This document shows positions 29,258 through 43,580 of a stretch of DNA of 64,000 nucleotides, piece by piece. Location: assembly GCA_041395785.1 (NCBI GenBank), contig JAWKZZ010000003.1, positions 270,978-334,977 on the forward strand, given 5' to 3'. A program made the position numbers and the translations under genes. Origin of the DNA: Pseudomonadales bacterium. Its GTDB lineage: Bacteria > Pseudomonadota > Gammaproteobacteria > Pseudomonadales > UBA7239. Each line of letters begins with the position of its first letter. Position 1 is the stretch's first letter. Under the pieces are notes generated by a model. The model had not been told where the DNA came from. It saw nothing but the letters and a program-made list of their open reading frames with translations, and did not search any database.

Positions 29258-30379
29258 TTAGCTCGGCAGGTACACACCACCCAATACGCAGGGGCGGTTC
29301 GCACCCGTAACAGCCGGCGCATTGCCGGTTTTTCGCTCCAATCGCTGCTTGGCCAGCCAAGCAAAAGCCATGGCTTCTAGCCAGTCGGCGGGTGCGCCAA
29401 AATCCGTGGTGGTACCCAGCTGCGATTGAGGTAGCAGCGCAGCAATGCGCTCGCGCAGCAGAGTGTTGTGACTGCCGCCGCCACAGAGTAGGAGGCGATC
29501 TACAGTCGTCGACAGCGATTCGATGGCGAGGCTGATGCTGCGAGCTGTCAATTCCAACAGCGTGCGCTGTACATCCTCTGTTTTAATTTCGCCGATTTCA
29601 GCTAGTTGCTCCTCCAGCCAGGATAGGTGAAACATTTCCCGCCCCGTACTTTTCGGAGCAGGCAAAGAAAAATAGGGGTGACTGAGTAATTTATTGAGCA
29701 GGGCATCGTGACACAGGCCAGAGCGCGCCCAGTTGCCATCGGCATCGTGCGCAAGATTTTTATGCTTTTGGATCCAAGCATCCATCAACACATTGCCAGG
29801 GCCGGTATCAAAACCGCTGACCGGCAGCTCGCGTGCCAGTAGAGTGACATTGGCCATGCCGCCGATGTTGACGATGGCGCGATTCTCTTTTTCGCTGCGT
29901 AAAACAGCATCGTGAAAAGCGGGCACTAGCGGTGCGCCTTGACCGCCGGCGGCGATGTCCATGCGACGAAAATCAGCGACGGTGGTGATGCCGGTGCGAA
30001 ATGCGATCGTGTTCGGGTCGCCGATCTGTAATGTAAAAGATGATGTACGAAACGGGTGGTGGCGAATAGTTTGCCCGTGACTGCCGATTGCGCCAATTTG
30101 TGCAGCAGAAATATTCGCTTCTTGCAGAGCAGCTAAAACAGCTTCGGCAAATAATTCGCCAATTTGAATATCCATTTCACCCGCGCGATTGATTTCATCG
30201 TCGCCGGGTTGACAAAGATTTTCAATTTGCACACGCAAGATACTGGGAATATTCCAGTTGCGTGCGTGTATCAGTTGAGGGGAGTTATTTTCCGCAAAAG
30301 AAACCAGCGCGACATCAATGGCGTCTAAGCTGGTGCCCGACATCAAACCGATGTAGATGTCGGGCGCTTGTGAGCTCAC
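29258..30379 (-). CDS. anmK: anhydro-N-acetylmuramic acid kinase
   Basis: N-terminal GLMSGTSLDAIDVAL and the overall 373-aa AnmK pattern. Adjacent to erpA, as in Pseudomonas. Confidence 0.9.
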   Translation of the reverse strand: MSSQAPDIYIGLMSGTSLDAIDVALVSFAENNSPQLIHARNWNIPSILRVQIENLCQPGDDEINRAGEMDIQIGELFAEAVLAALQEANISAAQIGAIGSHGQTIRHHPFRTSSFTLQIGDPNTIAFRTGITTVADFRRMDIAAGGQGAPLVPAFHDAVLRSEKENRAIVNIGGMANVTLLARELPVSGFDTGPGNVLMDAWIQKHKNLAHDADGNWARSGLCHDALLNKLLSHPYFSLPAPKSTGREMFHLSWLEEQLAEIGEIKTEDVQRTLLELTARSISLAIESLSTTVDRLLLCGGGSHNTLLRERIAALLPQSQLGTTTDFGAPADWLEAMAFAWLAKQRLERKTGNAPAVTGANRPCVLGGVYLPS

Positions 30380-31758
30380 TGACGAGCAGTGCTAGAGCTA
30401 TTCATGGCGAGATTTTGTGAAGGCTGGCTGTTGTTGCTCGCCAGTTGCTTCATTTGCGCCATCGTTGCAGAAAACTTGTTATTGAAATCTGCTTTTTCTG
30501 CTTTGGACAAAGGTTCGGCCATCGCGACATTCATGTTGGCCAATGGGTTAACCGCTGTGCCGTTGACATGAAATTCATAATGCAAGTGCGGGCCGGTCGC
30601 CAAACCAGTTTGCCCGACTGCGCCGATAACCTGTCCTTGAGAAACTTTGTCGCCGGTTTTAACACCAATTTTGCTCATGTGGCCGTACAGTGTGGTGTAA
30701 ACGCCGCCGTGTTGAATGATCACGACTTTGCCAAAACCGTTGCGGACACCGGCAAAAGTAACCTTGCCGTTACCGGCGGCTTTAATAGGGGTGCCGGTAG
30801 GCGCGGAGTAATCAATGCCTTTATGTGCGCGAATTTTGTGCAGAACAGGGTGGTAGCGACCCGTGCTGAAGTACGATGACACGCGAGCGAAATCAATCGG
30901 TGTGCGCAAAAACTGTTTGCGCATGATGTTACCGTCTGGCGTGTAGTAACTTGTTGAGCCGTTTTTGTCGGTGTACTGAATGGCGCGATAAGTTTTACCT
31001 CGGTTAGTAAATTCGGCGGCGACGATACTGCCGTGACCGATCGATTTGCCATCCAAAAATAATTCTTCATACATAACAGAGAAACTATCGCCTTCCTGTA
31101 TCTCTTGAAGAAAGTCGATATCGTAAGCAAAAATATCCGCCAGTTTCAGTGTCATTCTGTCATTCAGTCCGGCTTTTTTTCCGGCCATAAACAGTGAACT
31201 ATCAATGGTGCCGTGTGCGTAGCTGTAGCGTACTTCTGGCACCAAAGTGACGCGCTTACTTTGATACGAATTGCCCACGCGTTTAATGGCAACACTCTCT
31301 AGTTTACTCTGGTGCAGGCGCAGCTCTTGCGCTTTGCCATCTTTCATCAAGATATCAAGCTGGTCATCAAGATTCAAAGATGCAAGTTTTTTTGCGTCTT
31401 TGCTGCTGTGCGTAATGTCGTGGATATCGTTTGATGACAAGCCTGCTTTTTGTAGCAAGCTGGAGAGAGTGTCGCCCTTGCGCACAGTTAAGTGCAGCCA
31501 TGGATCGGTTTCGATAATTGGTTCTGCGCTCACTTCCTCGGTTGCAGCGGAAATTTCATCGGCAACAGAAGCGTTTTCTTTGGGTGTAACGGTTTCTGGC
31601 AGTAAACCATCGTGTGCACGATTGGCAACTACACTGTCTGGAAGCAGGATTAAGGATGTCGCAATGGCGAGAGAAATACCGCAAGCCGCCAACAAATGAT
31701 GACGAGGAAAATAGTGCGTCCAAATGCTGCTGGTGTTGTGTCGTTCTTTAAATAACAT
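30376..31758 (-). CDS. M23 family metallopeptidase with N-terminal OapA/LysM-like region
   Basis: The Met at 31758 precedes a TM/signal segment. LysM-like [18 protein letters not shown] and M23 motifs HKGIDY and GPHLHYEF. The upstream part of ORF 30376-32070 runs through the divergent tyrS promoter/5' region. Confidence 0.85.
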   Translation of the reverse strand: MLFKERHNTSSIWTHYFPRHHLLAACGISLAIATSLILLPDSVVANRAHDGLLPETVTPKENASVADEISAATEEVSAEPIIETDPWLHLTVRKGDTLSSLLQKAGLSSNDIHDITHSSKDAKKLASLNLDDQLDILMKDGKAQELRLHQSKLESVAIKRVGNSYQSKRVTLVPEVRYSYAHGTIDSSLFMAGKKAGLNDRMTLKLADIFAYDIDFLQEIQEGDSFSVMYEELFLDGKSIGHGSIVAAEFTNRGKTYRAIQYTDKNGSTSYYTPDGNIMRKQFLRTPIDFARVSSYFSTGRYHPVLHKIRAHKGIDYSAPTGTPIKAAGNGKVTFAGVRNGFGKVVIIQHGGVYTTLYGHMSKIGVKTGDKVSQGQVIGAVGQTGLATGPHLHYEFHVNGTAVNPLANMNVAMAEPLSKAEKADFNNKFSATMAQMKQLASNNSQPSQNLAMNSSSTARQ

Positions 31759-31942
31759 AGTTTCTGTATGGTTATTGCCGAGTAAAGAGGCCGATTGTAG
31801 ACATGCTTTTCCCTTGAGGGCAACCCTGGTGGTTTCGTTAAGGTCGCCCAGTTGTCTGATTATCTTGGTGTTTGAGGGTTGTTTCGGTAAGGTGTGCGCC
31901 TCTAGTGTTTTGGTGTTTTTGATAGTGAAGGGTGGCGGTGTG

Positions 31943-33238
31943 GTGGCGGTAAAAGATCTAATTTCAGAGCTGCAAGGCAGAGGCTTGGTTAACCAGATAA
32001 CCAGTGGCGATGAACTGATTGCGCATTTGGCGACAGGCAGCCGCACGGTGTACTGTGGTTTCGACCCCACAGCAGATAGCCTTCATATTGGGAGTTTGGT
32101 GCCTTTGCTGGCGCTGCGACGATTCCAGCTGGCAGGCCATAGACCGGTGGCGCTCGTTGGAGGGGCCACTGGCTTGATCGGGGATCCCAGTTTTAAAACA
32201 GAAGAGCGCAAACTCAATACGCCGGATGTTGTTGCTGGCTGGGTAGATCGCATTCGGGCACAAGTGTCCCGTTTCGTGGATTTCGATTGCGGCGCCAACT
32301 CAGCGCAGGTCGTCAATAATTACGATTGGACGGCCAACCTCAATGTGCTCGATTTTCTGCGCGATACCGGCAAGCACTTTTCCGTTAATGCGATGATCAA
32401 TAAGGAATCGGTGCGACAGCGTATAGAAAGAGAGGGCGAGGGAATTTCATTCACGGAATTCACCTATATGTTGCTGCAATCCATGGATTTTGCCGAGCTG
32501 TATAAAAGAATCGATTGCACTGTACAAATTGGGGGTTCCGACCAGTGGGGCAATATCACCGGTGGTATTGATCTGACGCGTCGCTTGCATCGCCAGCAGG
32601 TGTACGGGCTGACTCTGCCCTTGGTAACCAAGGCGGATGGCGCCAAGTTCGGCAAAACAGAAAGCGGCACAATTTGGCTGGATGCGACGCGGACATCGCC
32701 TTACGCCTTCTATCAGTTCTGGATGAATACTGCAGATGCGGATGTATACAGATTTCTGCGCTACTTCACCTTTCTCGATTTGGCGGCCATTGACGACATA
32801 GAGGCTGCCGATGCGCAAACCCAGGGACGGCGTTCGGCACAAGGAATTTTGGCGCGCGAGGTCACGACCTTGGTTCACGGTGATTCAGGCACGCAGGCAG
32901 CGGAGCGCATCAGTCAGGCTTTGTTTTCTGGCGATGTCAGCCAGCTGGCAGAAAGTGATTTTGCGCAACTGGCGCAGGACGGACTGCCAACACTGGTGGT
33001 TTCAGGCGGTGAGCGCGCGCTGGTTGATGTGTTGGTGGAATCGGGCTTGGCGGCCACACCGCGCGGTGAGGTGACGCTGGGTCAGGCGCGTAAGTTTGTG
33101 CAGGAAGGTGCTGTGCTGGTAAACGGAGTCAAGCAAGAAAATGTGGCTGCGCAATTGAGCGCGCAGACAGCTATTCACGGCAAATACCATTTACTGCGCC
33201 GTGGTAAAAAACAGTTTCATTTATTGGTTTGGAAGTAA
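31943..33238 (+). CDS. tyrS: tyrosine--tRNA ligase
   Basis: Collinear with E. coli TyrS ([25 protein letters not shown]-type KFGKT, C-terminal S4-like LLRRGKK). A GTG start at 31943 (or 31940/31925) is chosen by alignment to the MASSNLIKQLQERGLV region and by the AAGGGTGG Shine-Dalgarno-like sequence. Confidence 0.9.
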   Translation: MAVKDLISELQGRGLVNQITSGDELIAHLATGSRTVYCGFDPTADSLHIGSLVPLLALRRFQLAGHRPVALVGGATGLIGDPSFKTEERKLNTPDVVAGWVDRIRAQVSRFVDFDCGANSAQVVNNYDWTANLNVLDFLRDTGKHFSVNAMINKESVRQRIEREGEGISFTEFTYMLLQSMDFAELYKRIDCTVQIGGSDQWGNITGGIDLTRRLHRQQVYGLTLPLVTKADGAKFGKTESGTIWLDATRTSPYAFYQFWMNTADADVYRFLRYFTFLDLAAIDDIEAADAQTQGRRSAQGILAREVTTLVHGDSGTQAAERISQALFSGDVSQLAESDFAQLAQDGLPTLVVSGGERALVDVLVESGLAATPRGEVTLGQARKFVQEGAVLVNGVKQENVAAQLSAQTAIHGKYHLLRRGKKQFHLLVWK

Positions 33239-33262
33239 TTGCAAAGTTTTTGTAGATTTCTA

Positions 33263-33290
33263 TTGCAACGGTTTTTTAGTTGCCTATAAT
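33263..33290 (+). promoter_or_regulatory. rrn P1-like sigma-70 promoter
   Basis: TTGCAA, a 16-nt spacer, then TATAAT, followed by the GC-rich discriminator GCGCGTCC. An A/T-rich UP-like tract (AAAGTTTTTGTAGATTTCTA) lies upstream. Geometry matches E. coli rrnB P1. Confidence 0.6.
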
Positions 33291-33320
33291 GCGCGTCCGC
33301 ACTGAGCGAGCCTCAGGCGG

Positions 33321-33333
33321 GTTGGTTAACAAA
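33321..33333 (+). promoter_or_regulatory. boxA-like antitermination element in the 16S leader
   Basis: GTTGGTTAACAAA followed by GAATCAGACAATGCGTGTGGGTAC parallels E. coli TGCTCTTTAACAATTTATCAGACAATCTGTGTGGGCAC. A second boxA-like TGTTCTTTAAAGA lies in the spacer at 35410-35422. Confidence 0.45.
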
Positions 33334-33510
33334 GAATCAGACAATGCGTGTGGGTACTTGTATTGGAAGCAGTATTATCAATACAAGACCTGACAATTCA
33401 TATTGTGAAAGTTGAAGTATTGAGCCGAGTTTTGGATGGTTAGCGGGTAACTGCGAAATCATCCGCTCTTGCCCTTTCTCTTGTAGAAAACGGGGCAGAG
33501 TTAAAAGATT

Positions 33511-35045
<1,535 letters not shown>

Positions 35046-35163
35046 AACGAACACTGCCCAAACGAGTACTCACACTCATTGTCTGATCGTGAATATACAC
35101 AGCGAACATGTCCGCGGGTGAAGAGTCGGCAGATTATCGCCGCTTGGTTGCAGGCATTAATTT

Positions 35164-35240
<77 letters not shown>

Positions 35241-35256
35241 CTCTTAATGGAGAAAA

Positions 35257-35332
35257 GGGGCTATAGCTCAGCTGGGAGAGCGCCTGCTTTGCACGCAGGA
35301 GGTCAGCGGTTCGATCCCGCTTAGCTCCACCA
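35257..35332 (+). tRNA. tRNA-Ala (UGC)
   Basis: GGGGCTATAGCTCAGCTGGGAGAGCGCCTGCTTTGCACGCAGGAGGTC...CTCCACCA, with the G3-U70 identity pair present. Confidence 0.96.
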
Positions 35333-35553
35333 TTGTTTGGCTGTGTTGTCTGAGAGAAATCAGAACGGAGTGATGGGTGTCATCACTGTTTTCTGGTTTT
35401 TACGCCAGATGTTCTTTAAAGATAGAAACTGTAGTAATAAGTATGCTGAATCAAGCGCATGTTGTTGTGTCGCCTAGACGCAACGGCTGCAATCCGGCGA
35501 AAAAAGCAGAGACAGCCAGTCGATTGTTTCTGTTCCAGTCGTTTGTCTTATAT

Positions 35554-38429
<2,876 letters not shown>

Positions 38430-38559
38430 ATAATAGAAATGACTGGAAACACGCGGATTGCGTTGCTTGATCCAGCAACTACTACTACAGTATCTATCGC
38501 TTTATTCGGGTCCCTAGCGGCGCTCCAACAGGAGGTAAGCCCGTGATACCCCAACGAAT

Positions 38560-38679
38560 TGCCTGATGACAATAGAGATCTGGAACCACCTGACCCCATG
38601 CCGAACTCAGAAGTGAAACAGATCATCGCCAATGGTAGTGTGGCGCTTCGCCATGTGAGAGTAGGTCATCGTCAGGCAT
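38560..38679 (+). rRNA. rrf: 5S ribosomal RNA
   Basis: TGCCTGATGAC...CCACCTGACCCCATGCCGAACTCAGAAGTGAAAC...GTCAGGCAT. 120 nt, and helix I pairs. Confidence 0.95.
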
Positions 38680-38687
38680 CTAATTCA

Positions 38688-38724
38688 AACCCTTACCCGC
38701 TAAATGCAGGTAAGGGTTTTTTTT
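38688..38724 (+). terminator. rrn operon rho-independent terminator
   Basis: AACCCTTACC-loop-GGTAAGGGTT followed by TTTTTT. Confidence 0.8.
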
Positions 38725-38743
38725 GAACTGAATTTTTGTATTT

Positions 38744-39724
38744 ATGCCTGAAAAGCTTATTGATTGTCTTTCTGATGGAAAGGTGCACTCTGGTGTTGCA
38801 CTAGGACAAGCGCTAGGCGTCACGCGATCTGCGGTTGCTAAACAGGTAGCAAAACTCAAAGAAATGGGATTTCAAGTCACTAGCGTGAAGGGTGTGGGCT
38901 ATCGCTTGCATATGCCTTTTGATCTTTTGAGAGCGCCTGCGATCACAGATGCTATTTCTGTGTCGGAAATAGACTTCACACCCAAAGTGGAAGTGTTTTG
39001 GTCGCTAAACTCCACGAATGATTATCTTGCTGTTGGGATTAAGAATGGCCGCATAACAAGTTCTGGTTTTGTATGTTTGGCGGAGCACCAGAGTTCTGGT
39101 CGAGGCAGGAGAGGTAAAACTTGGGTTAGTCCGTTGGGTGGAGGGCTGTATTTGTCGCTTGCATGGCGTTTTGAGCAAGGTGCGGAATCATTAGAGGGGC
39201 TGAGTCTGTCTATCGCTATGGGGGTGATAGAAGTGTTGGAGCGAGATTTTTTTGTAAAAAATCTTAAAATTAAATGGCCTAATGATATTTATCTGCACGA
39301 AAAAAAATTAGGTGGAATATTGATAGATGTAATGGGTGAGGCAGGAGGGCCTTGTTGGGCTGTTATTGGAATTGGATTGAATGTTGGTGGAATGGGAACG
39401 GCTATGATAAATGTTGATCAGCCTTGGATAAGTCTATCCTCCGTGGTTGAAGTTATGATTTCTAGAAATGTACTTGCCGCATCAATTATTGAAAGTGTTA
39501 TAAAAAAATTGCAGGCACATGAAGGTAGTGGATTTGATATAACAAATTCAGCGTGGAAGCAATATGATGCCTTCATCGGGAAAAAGGTTGTTGTGAAAAG
39601 TGGAGATGGCAATTTTTTTGTGGGTGTGTCAAGAGGGATTTCGAAGTCTGGTGCGTTGGTTGTTGATGTAGATGGTGCGCAGAGAGTGGTTCGTTCTGGT
39701 GAAGTGAGTTTACGCCGTGTCTGA
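38744..39724 (+). CDS. birA: bifunctional biotin--[acetyl-CoA-carboxylase] ligase / biotin operon repressor
   Basis: N-terminal winged HTH (SGVALGQALGVTRSAVAKQVAKL), biotin-binding loop GRGRRGKTW and KWPND motif. 326 aa. Confidence 0.9.
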   Translation: MPEKLIDCLSDGKVHSGVALGQALGVTRSAVAKQVAKLKEMGFQVTSVKGVGYRLHMPFDLLRAPAITDAISVSEIDFTPKVEVFWSLNSTNDYLAVGIKNGRITSSGFVCLAEHQSSGRGRRGKTWVSPLGGGLYLSLAWRFEQGAESLEGLSLSIAMGVIEVLERDFFVKNLKIKWPNDIYLHEKKLGGILIDVMGEAGGPCWAVIGIGLNVGGMGTAMINVDQPWISLSSVVEVMISRNVLAASIIESVIKKLQAHEGSGFDITNSAWKQYDAFIGKKVVVKSGDGNFFVGVSRGISKSGALVVDVDGAQRVVRSGEVSLRRV

Positions 39725-40442
39725 AAATATTCTGGATTTAGACATCGGAAATTCAAGAATTAAGTGGCGGCTATCAGCTGGGCAATGTGGTGTAAGCGAA
39801 ACCAAAGTGTTGGAAGATTTTTTTGCAATTGATTTTGGTGTGTTAGATAGAGTTAGGGTTTCTTGCGTGTCTAACAAGAGTACTCAAGACCGAGTCGTAG
39901 ATTTTTTTTCACAGAAGTGTCTTCACGATCCAGAGGTTGCTGTGTCACAGAGTTATTGTTCTGGATTGAAAAACAATTATAAGAATCCTGAATCTTTAGG
40001 AGTTGATCGCTGGCTGGCTAGTCTTGCTGCATGGAAGAAAGCTGAGAAAAAAGCAGTTCTTGTTATTGATGCTGGTAGTGCGCTCACGATCGATACGGTT
40101 AGTGATAAAGCGGAGTATCTTGGTGGCTATATCATTCCCGGTTTGGAAATGATGCAAAAAGCGTTGGTGGGCAACACAGGGAAAATTGCATGTGCGATTG
40201 ATGCGCGATTTTATAATGACGACAGACCGCCTGCCGACACACAAGAGGCGGTGCAGAGTGGCGCATGCTTTGCCACATTGGCAGCCGTTGAGCGTGCCGT
40301 GCGATTGTTTTTACAGCGCTGGCCTAATGGCAAAATATGGTTTACAGGTGGTTCGGGTGGTGCTCTTGCTTTGTCGCTTGCGATGCCGGAAGCCTATCAC
40401 CCAGATTTGGTGTTGGATGGTTTGGCTATTGCGCTGCCATAG
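39717..40442 (+). CDS. coaX: type III pantothenate kinase
   Basis: GTG start overlapping the birA stop. LDLDIGNSRIKW phosphate-1 motif and IDAGSALTID. 241 aa. Confidence 0.88.
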   Translation: MSENILDLDIGNSRIKWRLSAGQCGVSETKVLEDFFAIDFGVLDRVRVSCVSNKSTQDRVVDFFSQKCLHDPEVAVSQSYCSGLKNNYKNPESLGVDRWLASLAAWKKAEKKAVLVIDAGSALTIDTVSDKAEYLGGYIIPGLEMMQKALVGNTGKIACAIDARFYNDDRPPADTQEAVQSGACFATLAAVERAVRLFLQRWPNGKIWFTGGSGGALALSLAMPEAYHPDLVLDGLAIALP

Positions 40443-40490
40443 CGTGTGATAGTGTGGAAACAATATGAAATATAAGAACGGGGATTAATC

Positions 40491-41243
40491 GTGCGCTGGA
40501 CTGTAATTGGATTGTTTTTATTGAATGTTGTGTTTGCTGTTTGGGGTTGGTTGGGCTACAGCTATACGCAAAATGTAGAGTCTTTAGGTGGCGCTGAAGT
40601 GACGGCCGGTGCAGAAAACATGCCGGGCACGAAACTGGTTTTGTTGCGCGAGCAGGCGGCAACGGCAAATGTTGCGGCGCAGCCGGCCTCAGCTGAGGCA
40701 GTTGTGTCTGTATCGCCCCAGCCGCATGTCGCCGAGCATCCCTCAATTGAAGCCCAGTTGTGTACTTTATTGGGGCCTGTGATGAAGCCAGAAGATGCCA
40801 AAGCGTTGCTCTCGAGGCTGAATGCGTTGCAGATTCAAGCAAAATATGTGGCGTTACAGGTGGACGGTAGTCCGGATTATTGGGTGTATCTGCGTCCAGA
40901 GCCCACCAAGGATTTGGCGATCGAAAAATTGAGGGAGCTGCAAGGTAAGCAAATTGATAGTTTCCTAATCCCGCAGGGAGATTTGGCTAACGGCATTTCG
41001 CTGGGAATTTTTGACAGTCAAGAAAATGCTGAAAAACATAGACAGACCATCACTCAGCTGGGTTACGACGCGCAGCTGAAGGTCAATCCTCGTGGTTACC
41101 TTGAAAATTGGATTGCGATTTACCCAGATCAGGTTGCGGGTTTTAGCCAAGAACTCTACAACCAGCTTCGGACGGAAAATTCCAAGCTAGATTTACGCAA
41201 GGATGAGTGCCGCAAGGTTGCTTCCACCATCGACATTCAATAG
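40491..41243 (+). CDS. SPOR domain-containing membrane protein
   Basis: N-terminal TM (WTVIGLFLLNVVFAVWGWL), a low-complexity linker and a C-terminal SPOR-like repeat region (YWVYL...NGISLGIF). Same position as the SPOR protein after coaX in Pseudomonas. Confidence 0.65.
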   Translation: MRWTVIGLFLLNVVFAVWGWLGYSYTQNVESLGGAEVTAGAENMPGTKLVLLREQAATANVAAQPASAEAVVSVSPQPHVAEHPSIEAQLCTLLGPVMKPEDAKALLSRLNALQIQAKYVALQVDGSPDYWVYLRPEPTKDLAIEKLRELQGKQIDSFLIPQGDLANGISLGIFDSQENAEKHRQTITQLGYDAQLKVNPRGYLENWIAIYPDQVAGFSQELYNQLRTENSKLDLRKDECRKVASTIDIQ

Positions 41244-41288
41244 AATGCCGCGCTCTGTAATTGGGTGCCGAGAATAATTGCAGAAAAT

Positions 41289-41364
41289 GCTGGCGTAGCT
41301 CAGTCGGTAGAGCAGCTGACTTGTAATCAGCCGGTCGGGGGTTCGACTCCTCTCGCCAGCTCCA
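41289..41364 (+). tRNA. tRNA-Thr (UGU)
   Basis: 76-nt cloverleaf, acceptor GCTGGCG/CGCCAGC, anticodon loop CTTGTAA. First of the Thr-Tyr-Gly-Thr cluster that precedes tufB in E. coli and Pseudomonas. Confidence 0.9.
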
Positions 41365-41434
41365 AATTTATTAATCAGGCAAGGTATTCATTGACAAGTA
41401 TTGGGGGCGTCAGGAAAATGGCCGACCCTTTTTT

Positions 41435-41518
41435 GGAGAGGTTCCCGAGCGGCCAAAGGGATCAGACTGTAAATCTGACGCGAAAGCTTCGCTGGTTCGA
41501 ATCCAGCCCTCTCCACCA
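41435..41518 (+). tRNA. tRNA-Tyr (GUA)
   Basis: 84 nt with a long variable arm, acceptor GGAGAGG/CCTCTCC, anticodon loop CTGTAAA. Confidence 0.9.
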
Positions 41519-41557
41519 AGATTAGGCCGCTTTAAGGTTGGTTGGGTAAATGGTTTG

Positions 41558-41631
<74 letters not shown>

Positions 41632-41663
41632 GATAGTGAAGTTGAAAGAGCTTAAGGGTTGCG

Positions 41664-41739
<76 letters not shown>

Positions 41740-41801
41740 TTTCTACATGGCTAAATTGGATTTGTGTATTTAAAGCAAGTGTTTAAACGAGGAAAACGGC
41801 A

Positions 41802-42996
41802 ATGGCAAAGGCAGCATTTGAGCGTAAAAAACCCCACGTAAGCGTTGGCACGATTGGCCACGTTGACCACGGCAAAACCACATTGACTGCAGCGCTGACG
41901 ATTGTGTGCGCAGAAGTGTGGGGCGGTGAGAGAAAAGCGTACGATCAAATCGACGCAGCGCCAAGAAGAAAAAGCGCGCGGTATCACCATCAACACAGCC
42001 CGTGGAATACGAGTCTGCTGAGCGCCACTACGCGCATGTGGATTGCCCTGGACACGCTGACTATGTCAAAAACATGATCACCGGTGCTGCGCAGATGGAC
42101 GGCGCGATTCTGGTTTGTTCAGCGGCTGATGGCCCGATGCCGCAAACACGCGAGCACATTCTGCTGTCGCGTCAGGTAGGCGTCCCCTTACATCGTGGTG
42201 TTCCTGAACAAAGCGGACATGGTTGACGATGCTGAATTGCTGGAATTGGTTGAAATGGAAGTCCGTGAACTGCTGAGCCAGTACAACTTCCCTGGCGACG
42301 ATACGCCAATCATCATCGGCTCTGCGTTGATGGCGGTAGAGGGTAAAGACGACAACGGCTTCGGCACCTCTGCAGTAGAAAAACTGGTAGAGACTTTGGA
42401 TAGCTACATTCCGATGCCAGAGCGCGCTATCGACAAGCCGTTCCTGATGCCTATCGAAGATGTATTCTCTATCGCAGGTCGCGGCACTGTAGTGACCGGT
42501 CGTGTCGAAGCGCGGTATTGTCAAATCCTGGTGAAGAAGTAGAAATCGTCGGCATCAAAGCCACCACCAAAACCACCGTGACTGGTGTTGAGATGTTCCG
42601 CAAATTGCTCGACGAAGGCCGTGCAGGTGAAAGCATCGGCGCCTTGTTGCGTGGCACCAAGCGTGAAGAAGTGGAGCGTGGTCAAGTGTTGGCTAAACCG
42701 GGCACTATCAAGCCGCACACCAAGTTTGAATCAAGAAATCTATGTTGTCGAAAGACGAAGGTGGTCGTCACACGCCATTCTTCAAAGGCTATCGTCCACA
42801 GTTCTATTTCCGTACTACTGATGTGACTGGCGAAATCCAGTTGGCTGAAGGCGTGGAAATGGTTATGCCTGGCGACAATGTACAGATGACGGTTACTTTG
42901 ATCGCGCCGATTGCGATGGAAGACGGCTTGCGCTTCGCGATTCGTGAAGGCGGCCGTACCGTAGGTGCGGGTGTTGTTGCAAAAATTCTTGAGTAA
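41802..42996 (+). pseudogene. tuf: elongation factor Tu, reading frame broken by at least 7 indels
   Basis: Five consecutive ORFs (41802-42077, 42002-42226, 42195-42542, 42518-42826, 42742-42996) tile EF-Tu in order ([14 protein letters not shown]; DCPGHADY; NKAD; [14 protein letters not shown]). The net indel is +1 nt, giving a corrected length of 397 aa. Confidence 0.93.
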
Positions 42997-43012
42997 GTAA
43001 TGCGGGTTAAAG

Positions 43013-43053
43013 AAATAGAGCGTCTTTGCTGGCGCTCTATTTTTGTTTTTTTT
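43013..43053 (+). terminator. rho-independent terminator after tuf
   Basis: AAATAGAGCG-loop-CGCTCTATTT followed by TGTTTTTTTT. Confidence 0.75.
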
Positions 43054-43065
43054 GGATCGGGTTAT

Positions 43066-43141
43066 AGGCCAGTAGTTCAATTGGTAGAGCACCGGTCTCC
43101 AAAACCGGGTGTTGGGGGTTCGAGTCCCTCCTGGCCTGCCA
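43066..43141 (+). tRNA. tRNA-Trp (CCA)
   Basis: 76 nt, acceptor AGGCCAG/CTGGCCT, anticodon loop CTCCAAA. It precedes secE, as in E. coli and Pseudomonas. Confidence 0.93.
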
Positions 43142-43182
43142 AAGTAGTTGATGGTCTGTTTTTTGTTGAATAAAGGCGTGAA

Positions 43183-43565
43183 ATGAGTAGCAAAACTGAA
43201 GAGCGCAGCGCAAAAGAGCAGACGAATCACTTGGATGCAGTGAAGTGGGTTGTCGTCGGCTTGATAGTCGCGGGCGGCGTTTATGGTTACTACCACTTTG
43301 CCGGTAGTTATGCGGTTGCCTATCGCGCGTTGGCTTTAGTGCCGGTTGCGGCGGTTGCTGTGTATATCGCTGTGCTAACTACGCAAGGGCGGGCATTTTT
43401 TACTTTGCTGCGTGAAGCAGCGGTAGAATGCGTGTGTTGTGGCCGACGCGCCAAGAAGCGGTGCAGACAACTTTGGTAGTTATGGGTTTTGTGGTGTTGA
43501 TGGCATTAGTTCTCTGGGGGCTAGATGCTGGATTTGCAAAACTTGTTTCTGTAGTGATCGGTTAG
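43183..43565 (+). pseudogene. secE: preprotein translocase subunit SecE, 1-nt frameshift near 43428
   Basis: ORF 43183-43479 gives the N-terminal TMs and FFTLLREA. The conserved C-terminus VLWPTRQEAVQTTLVVMGFVVLMALVLWGLDAGFAKLVSVVIG is in the +1 frame and ends at TAG 43563-43565. Restoring one T in GAATG gives 127 aa. Confidence 0.85.
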
Positions 43566-43580
43566 CAGAGGGAATGGATT

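Noticed and set aside
31724-32070. Overlapping 5' extensions of the divergent M23 peptidase ORF (to 32070) and the tyrS ORF (from 31724)
   Set aside because: Homology to TyrS starts near 31943. The peptidase signal/TM region starts at the Met at 31758. The extensions cross each other and have no conserved content.
33357-33387. 9-bp perfect inverted repeat CTTGTATTG/CAATACAAG in the 16S leader, considered as an operator or second promoter
   Set aside because: It lies downstream of the P1-like promoter within the transcribed leader, next to the RNase III stem. It most likely forms leader secondary structure. The TTGTAT/TATTAT hexamers inside it are only 9 nt apart, the wrong spacing for a promoter.
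41265-41525. 86-aa ORF spanning tRNA-Thr and tRNA-Tyr
   Set aside because: It reads straight through two canonical tRNA genes and is an artefact of ORF calling.
41802-42996. tuf as a genuinely decaying duplicate (tufB pseudogene)
   Set aside because: After indel correction the protein is full length with no stops and near-canonical sequence. Single-copy essential neighbours carry the same kind of lesions.
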